From Rhodocyclaceae bacterium (GTDB taxonomy: Bacteria; Pseudomonadota; Gammaproteobacteria; Burkholderiales; Rhodocyclaceae), in NCBI GenBank assembly GCA_044220545.1, contig JBGAQX010000024.1, forward strand, positions 1,771 to 65,770: a DNA stretch of 64,000 nucleotides. Reading direction: 5' to 3'. A program made the position numbers and the translations under genes. Under the pieces are notes generated by a model. The model was not told where the DNA came from. It did not search any database and saw nothing but the letters and a program-made list of their open reading frames with translations. Of the stretch, positions 27,854 through 37,502 are shown one piece after another. Positions within the stretch are counted from its first letter, which is position 1; every line of letters starts with the position of its first letter.

Positions 27854-28183
27854 ATTATCACCATGAATGATGGTAGCACCCAGTGCTACTGTTTTCAATT
27901 CCTTTCCCGCGAGAGCCAAAACATCATCGTGCCACCCAAACAATTGGAGAGCCAACCCAAAATGAAATGTGACGGCAACCGTCCGGTGCTGGCCGAATGC
28001 GGTAGTTCAGGTTGTTCGCCTCGGCAGGCCGTTCAGGTCCAGCAAGAGTCGATCACCCATTGATCCGCGACAGGTTCATCTATCGACAGCAGCCAGTCAC
28101 GGCAGCGAGGCCCCGCAGCCCCGCCCAAGTTGACTGCCACCATCCGTTCCCGGCTCACCCCCGGCGACGATGCGTTCCGGATA

Positions 28184-29656
28184 TCAGCCCAGCCGCGCCA
28201 CCCAGGCGGTGGCGGAGGCGCGCATGACATCGAGCAGGGTGGCGGGGAACAGGCCGAAGCCGATGACCAGGGCGGCGAAGACCAGCATCACGGCCAACTC
28301 GCGTGGCCGCAGGTCGTCGGCCTGGAGCACGGCCGGCTGGGTCGCGGGGCCGAAGAAGGCGCGCCGATACAGGCTCAGGAAGTAGGCGGCGCCAAGCACC
28401 ATGCCGACCAGCGCGGCCAGGCCGGCGCCGGCATGGGCCTGGAAGGTCGACATCAGGATCAGCAGTTCGGCCGGGAAGCCCGAGGTACCAGGCAGGCCCA
28501 TGCCGGCGAGGCCGTAGAGCAGGAAGAAGCTCGCCAGCCACGGCATGGTGCGCGCGACGCCGCCGAGACTGGCCACGTCGGTGGACCCGGTGCGCTGGTG
28601 CAGATGGCTGGTCAGAAGGAAGAGTCCGCCGGAGGCGATGGTGAAATTGAGCAATTGCAGCACCGCCCCTTGCAGGCCTTGCAGGTTGAACGACGCGATG
28701 CCCAGCACGACCAGGCCGACGTGCGAAAGGCTGGCATAGGCCAGCATGCGGCGCAGATTGGTCTGCGCCAGCGCCGCGGCGGCGCCGTGGAGGATGGCGA
28801 ACACGCCCAGTCCGGCCAGCAGCCAGTGCAACTCCTGCGCGGCCACCGGCGCCAGCGGCACGGCGAAGCGGATCAGGCCGAAGGCGCCCAGCTTCAAGCC
28901 GGTGACGATCGCGGCGATCGCGACCGGCCCTTCCATGGCCAGCAGCGGCAGCCAGGTATGCAAGGGCGCCAGCGGCACCTTGACGCCGAAGCCCAGCAAC
29001 AGCAGCGCGAACACCAGGTACTGGCCGATGGTCGGCAGCGGTGTGACCAGCAGGGTCGGCAGGTCGAACACCAGCGGGCCGCCGTCGTCGGCCGCGCCGA
29101 AGGCCAGCAGCAGGAAACCGAACAGCAGCACCGCGCCGCCGGCCAGCATCACCAGCGTGTACTTCACGGCGGCATGGCGGCGATTGGCGCCGACGCCCCA
29201 CAGGCTGACCAGGAAGTACAGCGGTACCAGGGTCAGCTCCCAGAACAGGAAGAACAACACCGTGTCGAGCGCGCAGAAGACGCCGAGAGTGGCCGTCTCC
29301 AGCATCATCAGCAGCGTGTAGTAAAGGCGCGGCAGGCTGTGCACGCCGTTCCACGAAGCCAGGATGACGCCGATGAAGAGCAGCGCCGTGGCGGGCAGGA
29401 ACAGGATGGCAATGCCATCGACGCCGACCAGATAATGGATGTCGAGGTCGGTAATCCAGTCGTGCTTCTCGACCAGTTGGAAGCCGGCCTGGCCGGGGTC
29501 GAAAACGACCACCGCGGCCAGGGCGATGGCCAGGTTCGCCAGCGCGGTGGCGAGGGCAACGGCGCGTGCCGTGTTGGCGCCCGGCACCAGCCAGGCCAGC
29601 GCGGCGCCGACGGGCAGCGTCAGGAACAGCAGCGAGAGCAGCGGCAAGGATTCCAT
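28184..29656 (-). CDS. NuoM/ND4-type proton-conducting antiporter-like subunit (third M/N-type gene of the DAB operon)
   Basis: FFLFWELTLVPLYFLVSLWG and PLHTWLP...EGPVAIAAIVTGLKLGAFG motifs. Start overlaps the upstream stop (TGATG). Confidence 0.9.
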   Translation of the reverse strand: MESLPLLSLLFLTLPVGAALAWLVPGANTARAVALATALANLAIALAAVVVFDPGQAGFQLVEKHDWITDLDIHYLVGVDGIAILFLPATALLFIGVILASWNGVHSLPRLYYTLLMMLETATLGVFCALDTVLFFLFWELTLVPLYFLVSLWGVGANRRHAAVKYTLVMLAGGAVLLFGFLLLAFGAADDGGPLVFDLPTLLVTPLPTIGQYLVFALLLLGFGVKVPLAPLHTWLPLLAMEGPVAIAAIVTGLKLGAFGLIRFAVPLAPVAAQELHWLLAGLGVFAILHGAAAALAQTNLRRMLAYASLSHVGLVVLGIASFNLQGLQGAVLQLLNFTIASGGLFLLTSHLHQRTGSTDVASLGGVARTMPWLASFFLLYGLAGMGLPGTSGFPAELLILMSTFQAHAGAGLAALVGMVLGAAYFLSLYRRAFFGPATQPAVLQADDLRPRELAVMLVFAALVIGFGLFPATLLDVMRASATAWVARLG

Positions 29657-31161
29657 CAGCCGTGATGTCCAAACCGGGCCGCCAGCACCTTGAGCGCCGG
29701 CTCAATCAGGTTGAGCCAGGGTTCGAAGTAGAAGCCCGCCAGCAGCAGCACCAACACGGCGATGCCGCCGACCACATATTCCATCGGCAGGGTGCGCTCC
29801 ATCGCCGCCAGGTCGGTGCCCTCCGCCGCCGGCGCCAGGAAGGCGCGCTGGAAGGCATATAGCAGGAAGCCGGCCGCCGCGACGTTGCCCAGCGCCGCCG
29901 CGACGGTGGGCAGGGCGCCGAAGCGCTCCATCGCCGCTTCGAGCACGAAGTGCACCGCGTCGAAGCCAGGTGTGCCGGGCATGCCGACGATCGACAGGCC
30001 GCCGACCAGGAAGGTCAGCGCGATGAAGGGAATCCGTTCGAACAGGCCGCCGAGCCGGGCGAGGTCGGTGGAATGGGCGCGCCGGAAGACGAAGCCGACC
30101 ATGAACAGCATCACCGTGACCGCCAGACCGAAGTTGACCGACAGCAGCACGGCGCCGATCAGGCCGGCCGGATGCAGGGTGAACAGGCCGATGACGATCA
30201 GGCTGGTGTGGCTGACCACGGCGAAGGACAGCAGGCGCCGCAAGTTGGTTTGCAGGAAGGCCAGGATGGCGGCGTAGAACACGCCGGTCATGGCGAAGCC
30301 GACGATGAAGTTCTGCCAGGCCAGCACGGCCTCCTCGGTCAGCGGCAGCAGGAAGCGCAGCATGCCGTAGATGCCGACCTTGACACCCAGCAGCAGCGAG
30401 GGGGCGATGGCGACCATGCCGCGCTGCGCGACGCTGGGCAGCCAGCCGTGCAGCGGAAACAGCGGTGTGCGCACCGCCAGGCCGTAGAACAGCAGGAAGA
30501 AGGCAACCGACTGGAAACGGCCTTGCGCGGGCACCTTGACCAGATCGAACAGGTCGAAGCTCCAGCGGCCGGTGACGTCGGCATGGCCCCAGGCGAGGAT
30601 GACCATGCCGGCGGCGAGCAGGGCGACGCCCACCGCCTGGAACTGGAGAAAGCGCGTCATGGCCAGGCTGCGATTCTCTTCGGTCGAGGTCGACCAGTGG
30701 CCGATCAGGTAGCCGGCCACGGCCAGCTCGGCCACCGACGCCAGGCTGAACCAGAGCAGGTTCATGGTCGCCAGCATGGACATCAGCGCCGCCTCGGCGA
30801 GCAGGATCAGCGCCATCAACCGGCCAGGCCGCGCCAGGCCGCGCACCAGGCCATACAGGGTCATCAGCACCGTGATCAGCGCCGCCAGCAGCACGAACAG
30901 GGCCGTGACGCCGTCGGCGCCGGCGTGATAGCCCAGCCACTCGATACGCTCCGCCGCCTGCATGGCCGCCGACCCGGCGTCGATGTGGCCGTAGAGAACG
31001 AAGGCCAGCGCCAGCACGGCCAGCGCCACCAGGCGGCCCAGCACCACGGCGGCGGCGCGATCGCCGAGCGCGAAGACGGCCGCCGCGCCGAACAGCGGCA
31101 GCAATTGCAGCACGGCGAGAATCGGCCATGCCGAATGGGCGGTCCAGGAGACTTCGGTCAT
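29656..31161 (-). CDS. Divergent NuoM/NuoN-type antiporter-like subunit
   Basis: PF00361-like core PLFPLHGWLPSVAQRGMVAIAPSLLLGVKVGIYGMLRF, with the TM7 Lys kept but the usual EAP acidic motif changed. TGATG overlaps at both ends. Confidence 0.85.
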   Translation of the reverse strand: MTEVSWTAHSAWPILAVLQLLPLFGAAAVFALGDRAAAVVLGRLVALAVLALAFVLYGHIDAGSAAMQAAERIEWLGYHAGADGVTALFVLLAALITVLMTLYGLVRGLARPGRLMALILLAEAALMSMLATMNLLWFSLASVAELAVAGYLIGHWSTSTEENRSLAMTRFLQFQAVGVALLAAGMVILAWGHADVTGRWSFDLFDLVKVPAQGRFQSVAFFLLFYGLAVRTPLFPLHGWLPSVAQRGMVAIAPSLLLGVKVGIYGMLRFLLPLTEEAVLAWQNFIVGFAMTGVFYAAILAFLQTNLRRLLSFAVVSHTSLIVIGLFTLHPAGLIGAVLLSVNFGLAVTVMLFMVGFVFRRAHSTDLARLGGLFERIPFIALTFLVGGLSIVGMPGTPGFDAVHFVLEAAMERFGALPTVAAALGNVAAAGFLLYAFQRAFLAPAAEGTDLAAMERTLPMEYVVGGIAVLVLLLAGFYFEPWLNLIEPALKVLAARFGHHG

Positions 31162-32705
31162 CAGAGGATCACCACGAAAGTCGCCACCACCAGCAGGATC
31201 ATGTAGCGCGGCCGTTCGACCAGTGCCTCGAGCACCAGCAGGTAGTCGCCGACGCTGCGCATGGCGCGCGTCACGGGTCCCGATCCCTGCTGCATGACCA
31301 GGCGCGTCTCGACCAGATGCAGGCGATCCGCCAGCCAGACCAGCAACCGGCCGGCCAGGCCGTGGCCGCGAATCACGCTGTCACCGCCCGGCGGGGCCTC
31401 GCCGCCGCGATGGCGCTCGGGCATGCCGACCAGATGGGCCAGCACGTTGTCGTCGAAGTCGCGCATGTCGCGGCCGATGGACGCGGTTGGCCGGATCAGC
31501 ACGCTTTGCGCCAGGTGATCGAGCCAGAAGCGCTGTAGCGCCGCTGTGTACAGCCATTGCCGCCCGGCCAGCCAGCCGGGCACCGGCGCCGCCTTCTCGC
31601 TGACGAGATGCATGTAGGAAGGCGCCAGCAGGAACTGGTAGGCGCGCCAGACGGTGTGCAGGCCCATGTGCCAGGCGGCCAGCTCGAACCAGCCCAGCCC
31701 GCAGGCGAGGAACATCAGCCCCACCTGCGTGGTGGTGGCGAACAGCAGCGAGGACTTGACGTCGGTCTGCGCAAGCCCCGCCAGCCAGCCGTACAGGGCG
31801 GTGAGGCCGCCGACCACGGCGAGATAGACCGGCACGTCGGGAACCTGCGTCAGTACCGGCGCCAGACGGATCACCAGATAAACGCCGGCATGCACCATCA
31901 CCGCGCCGTAGAAGATCGCCGACGAAGGCGTCGGCCCTTCCAGCGCCCGACCGATCCAGGAGGCGAACGGCAACTGCGCCGACTTGGCGAGGGCGGCGAC
32001 CAGGAAGCCGAGCAGAATCAGCCGCGCCGAGACCTTGTCGAAATGTCGAGTGTCGGCCGCCCAGGCGCTGATGCCGGACCACTCGACCGTGCCCAGCCAC
32101 CAGGCGGCGAGGCTGATGCCGAGGATGAAGCCGGCGTCGCCGATGCGGTTGGTGATGAAGGCCCACAGCGCGTTGCCGGTGGCCACCGGTCGGTCGTAGG
32201 CGTAGCCGATCAGCAGATAGGAGCTGACGCCGGCCAGCTCCCAACCGACGAAGGTGAGCACGGCGTTGCCCGCCAGCACGATCAGCAGCATGCCGGCCAG
32301 GAACAGTGACATGAAGATGAAGAAGCGATGAAAGCCAAGCTCGCGATGCAGATAGTTCCGTGAGAAGCGCAAGGTCACCACGCCGATCAGCGCCACCAGC
32401 GTAGCGTAGGACAACGACAGGCCATCGAGCACGAAGGAAATCGGCACCCTGAAGTCGCCGCTGGCGAACCAGTCGCCGATGACGAAATGGCCCGGCGCGC
32501 CCTCGACCAGCGCCAGCCCGTCGAGCCCGATCATGCCCAGTAGCGCCAGCCAGGCGGCACCCTCGGCCAGCCGGGCGGTCGGCGGCTCGCGGTCGTCGCT
32601 GTTGGTGCCCGGCGCCTGGCCGGCCATGACATAGACGACGATGCCGCCGGCCGCGAGCAGCGGCAACAAGGGAATCAGCATGGCGAGGATGAACAGGCAG
32701 TTCAT
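31161..32705 (-). CDS. dabB: NuoL/ND5-type antiporter-like subunit adjacent to DabA (DabB-type)
   Basis: ND5-type motifs FVGWELAGVSSYLLIGY, NRIGDAGF and LEGPTPSSAIFYGAVMVHAGVYL. 514 aa with no long lateral helix. ATGA overlap with the dabA stop. Confidence 0.85.
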   Translation of the reverse strand: MNCLFILAMLIPLLPLLAAGGIVVYVMAGQAPGTNSDDREPPTARLAEGAAWLALLGMIGLDGLALVEGAPGHFVIGDWFASGDFRVPISFVLDGLSLSYATLVALIGVVTLRFSRNYLHRELGFHRFFIFMSLFLAGMLLIVLAGNAVLTFVGWELAGVSSYLLIGYAYDRPVATGNALWAFITNRIGDAGFILGISLAAWWLGTVEWSGISAWAADTRHFDKVSARLILLGFLVAALAKSAQLPFASWIGRALEGPTPSSAIFYGAVMVHAGVYLVIRLAPVLTQVPDVPVYLAVVGGLTALYGWLAGLAQTDVKSSLLFATTTQVGLMFLACGLGWFELAAWHMGLHTVWRAYQFLLAPSYMHLVSEKAAPVPGWLAGRQWLYTAALQRFWLDHLAQSVLIRPTASIGRDMRDFDDNVLAHLVGMPERHRGGEAPPGGDSVIRGHGLAGRLLVWLADRLHLVETRLVMQQGSGPVTRAMRSVGDYLLVLEALVERPRYMILLVVATFVVIL

Positions 32706-35700
32706 GCCGCGCTCGCCTCCAGCGGTCTTTCGAGCAGCACCGGCGGCAGCGGCTCGCGCTCCCCGGCGAACCAGTCGGCCGACTGCCTGACGGTCTTCAC
32801 CTCGACCGGGCCCGACCAGGGTGCCCAGCCGCTGGCGGGATCGAACTGGTGGATGGCGCCGGTTTCCGGATCTTTTGCCGCGACGATCACCCAGCCGTTG
32901 CCGACCAGTTCCTGCAACGGTGGCTGGCGCTGGTAGACGGCGGTGATGATGTCGAGCGTCTGCTCGATCACCACCAGCAGGCGCATCGCCTCGTGGATCT
33001 CGATCATCTGTTTGGGCAGGCCGGTGCGCAAATCCGAACCGGCGCCCTGCATGACGCCGAAGTAGCCGGCGACGTTGTGCATGATCTTGCTGCCGCAGCC
33101 GAAGGCTTCGTTGTTCACCGTCGAGAAGAAATACTCGAGGTTGATGCCGGCGCCGACCGCGCCGTTGATCAGCAGGTGCCGTTCGAGCACCTTGCCTTCC
33201 GGGTCCTGGGTCGGATCGTAGGAGATCAGGAAGGCGCGCCGGTCGAAGTAGGCGCCGCGACTAATGGCGCGGCGACCGAAGAAGGCGCAGGCGTTGGTGA
33301 CGTGGCCGAGTTCCGGGCGCGGCTGCGAGAAGTCGTTGCGGCGCCCCCAGACGTGGGCCAGCGCGCCGTCCTTGCCGATGGACAGCGGCGCCGAATAGAG
33401 GCGGCGGCAGCGTTCCTGGGCATGGGCGCCAGCGGCCTCGGCCAGCGCGCGATCCACTTCGGCGACGGCGCCCCGCAGCGACGCCGGCACGTCCTCGGCG
33501 TCGTACCAGGTGATGAGGTCGTCGGCGGTGTTGTGTTCGCCGGCGAGGAACCACGTCGATTCGGGCACGGCGATGCCGCGCTCCCTGATCAGCGCGCGCA
33601 CCTCGGGGCGGTTGGCCATGGCGCAGAACAGTCGCGCGTTGGGGCCGGAGTGGCGGCCCGAGCAGGCGCCGCAATCGTAGGCCGCCATGTGCGGATTGTT
33701 GGTGCTGTTGGAGCCGTGGCCCATGATCACCACCAGCGGCGCGAAGTCCCTGGTCAGGCCGAGGTTGGTGAGGAAGCCGGCGATGCGCTCGGCCTGCTCG
33801 GCGTCGGTAAAGCCCTGGCGCGGCTGCTCGGGCGTCGCCGGCGCCGCCGGGTCGGCGGCGTTGAGGTCCAGCCGCGTCGGCACCGCCAGCTCGAAGCCGC
33901 GCCGCAGCGCGGTGTTGAGGCTGCCGAGCGCGGCCGGCGCCAGCGAGCGCAGCAGCAGCGTGGCCAGCGCGACCGGCGCCGCCAGCGCGGTGAGCAGCGT
34001 GCCGGCGGCGATGTCGCGGCGCGTGACCTGATGGAGGCCATCCTGCCAGCGCAGGCGGCGCGCATTGCGGCGACGGTGCTCGGCCGCCGTCGCCTCGGCG
34101 CCGGCTCTCGGCACCTCATGCACGTCGTGCGAGGGCACGATCACCGTCGGCACCACCGGGCACAACGCGGTCGGCTCGCGGTCGTCGAGGCCGTAGTAGT
34201 TCTGGAACACGGCGAAGTGCGCGGCGCCGCCAAGCGTTTCGAGCCGGGGATTCACTTCCTCAAGGTGGCGGCGCATGCCCTCCTCGCGATCGTCCATGCA
34301 GAACACCAGTTGAGCCAGCGGCCCCTGCCGGTGGCCCCGCCAGCGCCCGTGATTGGCCGTCAGGCCGGCGAAGATCTGCTGCCGATAGTGGCGTTCGTAG
34401 GCGTTGAGCCAGAGAAAGCCGCGCTGGTGCTCGTCGAGTTCGGCCAGACAGGCGAGCAGCGCTTCGGCGCCGGGGCGGCCCAGGGCGCGCAGCTCGCCAC
34501 CGGGAATGCCGAGGTGCTGGGCGAGCAGGAACAATGGCCACGCCGAGCGCGTCAGTCCGTGGCTGGCGGTCTGCTCGGCACCGGGCGCGTTGCGCCAGTT
34601 CTCGATGTGGCCGGCCAGCCATTGCCAGCGGTCGTCCGACCGCCCCAGGGCCGTATCGCCGGGTGCCGGCAGGTGCGGCTCGATCAGGTCGAGCAGCCAC
34701 TCCGGCAGCCCGTCGGCCCCGCCGTCGCCACGTTCGCCAGCGCCGCCGCTGGCGTGGCGCACCCAGAGCTCGGCCGGGTGGCGGGCGAAGTAGCCACCCA
34801 GCGCCGCCAGGTTCGCCTCGACGCCCCAGTGACGGCGGGTGATGTCCGTTGCGACCAGGCGCTCAAGCACCAGGCGCACCGCGAGGTAATCCATCATCGC
34901 CACCGGCACGTCCGATGTGCCGGCATAGCCAGGGTGGTTGTGGCGCCACAGGAACATGCCCGACCAGCCAGGCAGTTCCAGCGCCAGGCGTTCGAGATAG
35001 CCCGGCCAGCGTTGTTCCGGCAGGCCCAGCCGCGTCAGTTCGGCGACCACGGCGTCGAGGGCATTCTCGGGCAAGGCCGCCACTTGCTGACGCGCCTCGG
35101 GCAGCGTATCGAGCAGCCAGGCGATGTCCCGCGCCACGCTCCGCCGCCAGGCGGTGTAGAAGCCGAGCGGCCGCGCCGGGTTGTGCCAGGGCGCCAGGCC
35201 CTGGTCGAGATGACCAGCCAGGTGGCGCAGCAGCGCCGGCCGTACCGCTTCGAGGGCATCCTCCTCGGTCAACACCTTGAGCAGCGCGCCCAGGGTAGTG
35301 GAACAACCAAGCTGCCCGACCAGTTCGTCCCACAGGGCGGCGGCACGCACCGCCAGCGCCGGATGCGCATCGCCGGCCGCGCCATAGCCCTCCTCCGCCT
35401 CGCGGGTCGACAGCTCGAGCAGCTCCTCGGGATGACCGAAGCCATGATCGAGTCCGAGGACATCCAGGCAGGCGGCCCACAGTTCCCCAACCAGCCGCGG
35501 CTCGCCGTCGCCGCCGGCGAGCAAGCGCGTCCGGGCGGCGGGAGACAGGTCGTCCTGCCAGCGGCGCAGCGCCTGCTTCTCATCGATCTCCCATTTGAGC
35601 CGGGCCAGCGGAATCGGCGCCAAGGAGCGAACGAAACTGGCCCGAAGCACCTCGCGCCGACGCACCGGACCAAGCGCCGTGGTCGCCAGGACGGCCTCCG

Positions 35701-35998
35701 GATCCAGTTGCCAGGCGGCGGCCAGTTGCATCAGCGCGGCATCGAGGTCGCTGTCGTCGATGCGGCCGGCGCGATGGAACTCGCGCAGGCTGGCCTCGGG
35801 CAGCCAGGCGCGCGCGCCGGTCAGCCGGCTGGTGGCGGCCAGCGCCTCGGGAAAGGGCAGATGCTGAAAACCGTGCAGGGTGTTGTGATGCACGAAGTCG
35901 CGGATCGAGGCCTGGCTCGGCAACACGTGTTCCAGGTGATGCACGCAGTCGGCGAGGCGGTCGCGGATGTCGGTCGAACGATCTTCGTGGCCGCTCAC
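32702..35998 (-). CDS. dabA: DUF2309/UPF0753 protein (DabA-type putative vectorial carbonic anhydrase subunit)
   Basis: 1098 aa. N-terminal IRDFVHHNTLH. Putative Zn-site motifs QLVFCMDDRE (Cys codon 34298-34300), VIMGHGSNS and AYDCGACSGRHSGPNAR. GTG start 2 nt after the upstream stop. Confidence 0.85.
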   Translation of the reverse strand: MSGHEDRSTDIRDRLADCVHHLEHVLPSQASIRDFVHHNTLHGFQHLPFPEALAATSRLTGARAWLPEASLREFHRAGRIDDSDLDAALMQLAAAWQLDPEAVLATTALGPVRRREVLRASFVRSLAPIPLARLKWEIDEKQALRRWQDDLSPAARTRLLAGGDGEPRLVGELWAACLDVLGLDHGFGHPEELLELSTREAEEGYGAAGDAHPALAVRAAALWDELVGQLGCSTTLGALLKVLTEEDALEAVRPALLRHLAGHLDQGLAPWHNPARPLGFYTAWRRSVARDIAWLLDTLPEARQQVAALPENALDAVVAELTRLGLPEQRWPGYLERLALELPGWSGMFLWRHNHPGYAGTSDVPVAMMDYLAVRLVLERLVATDITRRHWGVEANLAALGGYFARHPAELWVRHASGGAGERGDGGADGLPEWLLDLIEPHLPAPGDTALGRSDDRWQWLAGHIENWRNAPGAEQTASHGLTRSAWPLFLLAQHLGIPGGELRALGRPGAEALLACLAELDEHQRGFLWLNAYERHYRQQIFAGLTANHGRWRGHRQGPLAQLVFCMDDREEGMRRHLEEVNPRLETLGGAAHFAVFQNYYGLDDREPTALCPVVPTVIVPSHDVHEVPRAGAEATAAEHRRRNARRLRWQDGLHQVTRRDIAAGTLLTALAAPVALATLLLRSLAPAALGSLNTALRRGFELAVPTRLDLNAADPAAPATPEQPRQGFTDAEQAERIAGFLTNLGLTRDFAPLVVIMGHGSNSTNNPHMAAYDCGACSGRHSGPNARLFCAMANRPEVRALIRERGIAVPESTWFLAGEHNTADDLITWYDAEDVPASLRGAVAEVDRALAEAAGAHAQERCRRLYSAPLSIGKDGALAHVWGRRNDFSQPRPELGHVTNACAFFGRRAISRGAYFDRRAFLISYDPTQDPEGKVLERHLLINGAVGAGINLEYFFSTVNNEAFGCGSKIMHNVAGYFGVMQGAGSDLRTGLPKQMIEIHEAMRLLVVIEQTLDIITAVYQRQPPLQELVGNGWVIVAAKDPETGAIHQFDPASGWAPWSGPVEVKTVRQSADWFAGEREPLPPVLLERPLEASAA

Positions 35999-36000
35999 GG

Positions 36001-37464
36001 TCAGCCCCCGAAAAACCGCGCCAGCCGGTCCACCGAGGCGCCGACCAGCGCCAGCGCCGGTGCCGGATGGAAGCCGACGGCAAGGATGGCCAGCGAGAGC
36101 ACGCCGGCGGCGGCCATCTCGTTTCGATCGAGATCGGCGACGGCGCGCATCTTGTCGCCCACCGGGCCGGTAAACAGGCGGCCCGCCGTGCGCAACGCGT
36201 AGGCCGCGCCGATCAGCAGGGACAGCGAGAGCAGCACCATCCAGCCGCCCCAGCGCTGGAAGCCGCCGACCATCGCATGCAGCTCGGCGATGAACCCGGC
36301 GGTGCCGGGCAGGCCGACGGTGGCGGTCAGGGCCAGGACCATGAAGAAGGCGAAGCGCGGCATGGTCCGCACCAGCGAGGAGTAATCGCCGATGTCGCGG
36401 GTACGGGTGCGCGCGTGGAGCAGCCCGACCAGCAGGAACAGCACGCCGGCAACCAGGCCGTGCGCCACCATCTGCATCACCGCGCCGGTCAGGCCCGCCG
36501 GGTTGAGGGTGGCCAGCCCGAGCAGCACCACGCCCATATGCGACACGGAAGCATAGGCCAGCATGACGATCAGATCGCGCTGGCGCCAGGCCAGAATGCC
36601 GCCGTGGAGCAAGGTGACGAAGGCCAGCACCGCCAGCCAGCCGTGCAGCGACCAGGCCGCGCCCGGCAGCGTCTCGATGGCGCGCAACAGGCCGTAGCCG
36701 CCCATCTTGAGCAGGATGCCGGAGGAGATCAGCGGCACGGCGCTCGGCGCCTCGGCATATACGAGCGGCGCCCAGCCATGCATGGGGAATACCGCCATCT
36801 TGACGCCGAAGCCGATGAACAGTCCGGCGAAGATCCAGACCTGGGTGGCGAGCGGCAGGCCGCGCGCCGCCGCGGCGATGGCGCTCATGTCGAAGCTGTG
36901 GGTGGGTACGGCGTCGTAGAGCAGCAGTAGCGCGATCAGCATGAACACCGAGCCGCCCATGGTGTAGAGCACGAAGTTGAGCGCCGCCTTCTGCCGCCGT
37001 TGGCGGTTCTGGCCGCCGAGGCGGTCGATCAGGAAGAAGAGCGGGATCAGCGTTAGTTCCCAGAAGACGTAGAACAGCGACCAGTCGCGGGCCATGAACA
37101 CGCCGAGCACGGCGGTTTCGAGCAACAGCAGCAGCGAAAAGTAGAGCTTGGCGCCCTTCGTGACGCCGCTCGAGGCGACCACGGCGACCGGCATCAAGAG
37201 CGTGGCCAGCAGCACCAGCGGGAAGGAAAAGCCGTCGACGCCCAGCGAGAAGCTCGAGCCGAGGCGCTCATGCCAGGCATGGGTCTCGTAGAGCTGGATG
37301 GCCGCCTGGGTCGGGTCGAATTGCCCCAGCAACGACCAGGCAAAAACCCCCACCAGGCAGGTGGCGGCCAGCGCCGTATGCCGCAGCAGCGCGAAATTGC
37401 GCGCCGGCAGCAAGGCCACGACCACGGCACCGAACAGGGGAAGAAGCAATAGGATGCGGAGCAT
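36001..37464 (-). CDS. NuoM/ND4-type antiporter-like subunit (first M-type gene of the DAB operon)
   Basis: Start at ATG 37464 (MLRILLLLPLFG). FYVFWELTLIPLFFLI and PMHGWAPLVYAEAPSAVPLISSGILLKMGGYG. The track ORF to 39654 is an alternative-frame extension through sulP. Confidence 0.9.
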   Translation of the reverse strand: MLRILLLLPLFGAVVVALLPARNFALLRHTALAATCLVGVFAWSLLGQFDPTQAAIQLYETHAWHERLGSSFSLGVDGFSFPLVLLATLLMPVAVVASSGVTKGAKLYFSLLLLLETAVLGVFMARDWSLFYVFWELTLIPLFFLIDRLGGQNRQRRQKAALNFVLYTMGGSVFMLIALLLLYDAVPTHSFDMSAIAAAARGLPLATQVWIFAGLFIGFGVKMAVFPMHGWAPLVYAEAPSAVPLISSGILLKMGGYGLLRAIETLPGAAWSLHGWLAVLAFVTLLHGGILAWRQRDLIVMLAYASVSHMGVVLLGLATLNPAGLTGAVMQMVAHGLVAGVLFLLVGLLHARTRTRDIGDYSSLVRTMPRFAFFMVLALTATVGLPGTAGFIAELHAMVGGFQRWGGWMVLLSLSLLIGAAYALRTAGRLFTGPVGDKMRAVADLDRNEMAAAGVLSLAILAVGFHPAPALALVGASVDRLARFFGG

Positions 37465-37502
37465 TTGGACAGGCTCGCCGGGGTTCGCGCGGGCTGCGTT
37501 GC

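Noticed and set aside
26965-28183. Annotating the low-G+C islet as a defined mobile element
   Set aside because: No transposase, integrase, tRNA target or terminal inverted/direct repeats could be found by eye. Only the compositional shift and the TA pair are supported.
32849-36202. 1117-aa plus-strand ORF
   Set aside because: It lies antisense to dabA. The translation is low-complexity and Arg/Gly/Ala/Gln-rich, whereas the minus-strand product has strong family motifs.
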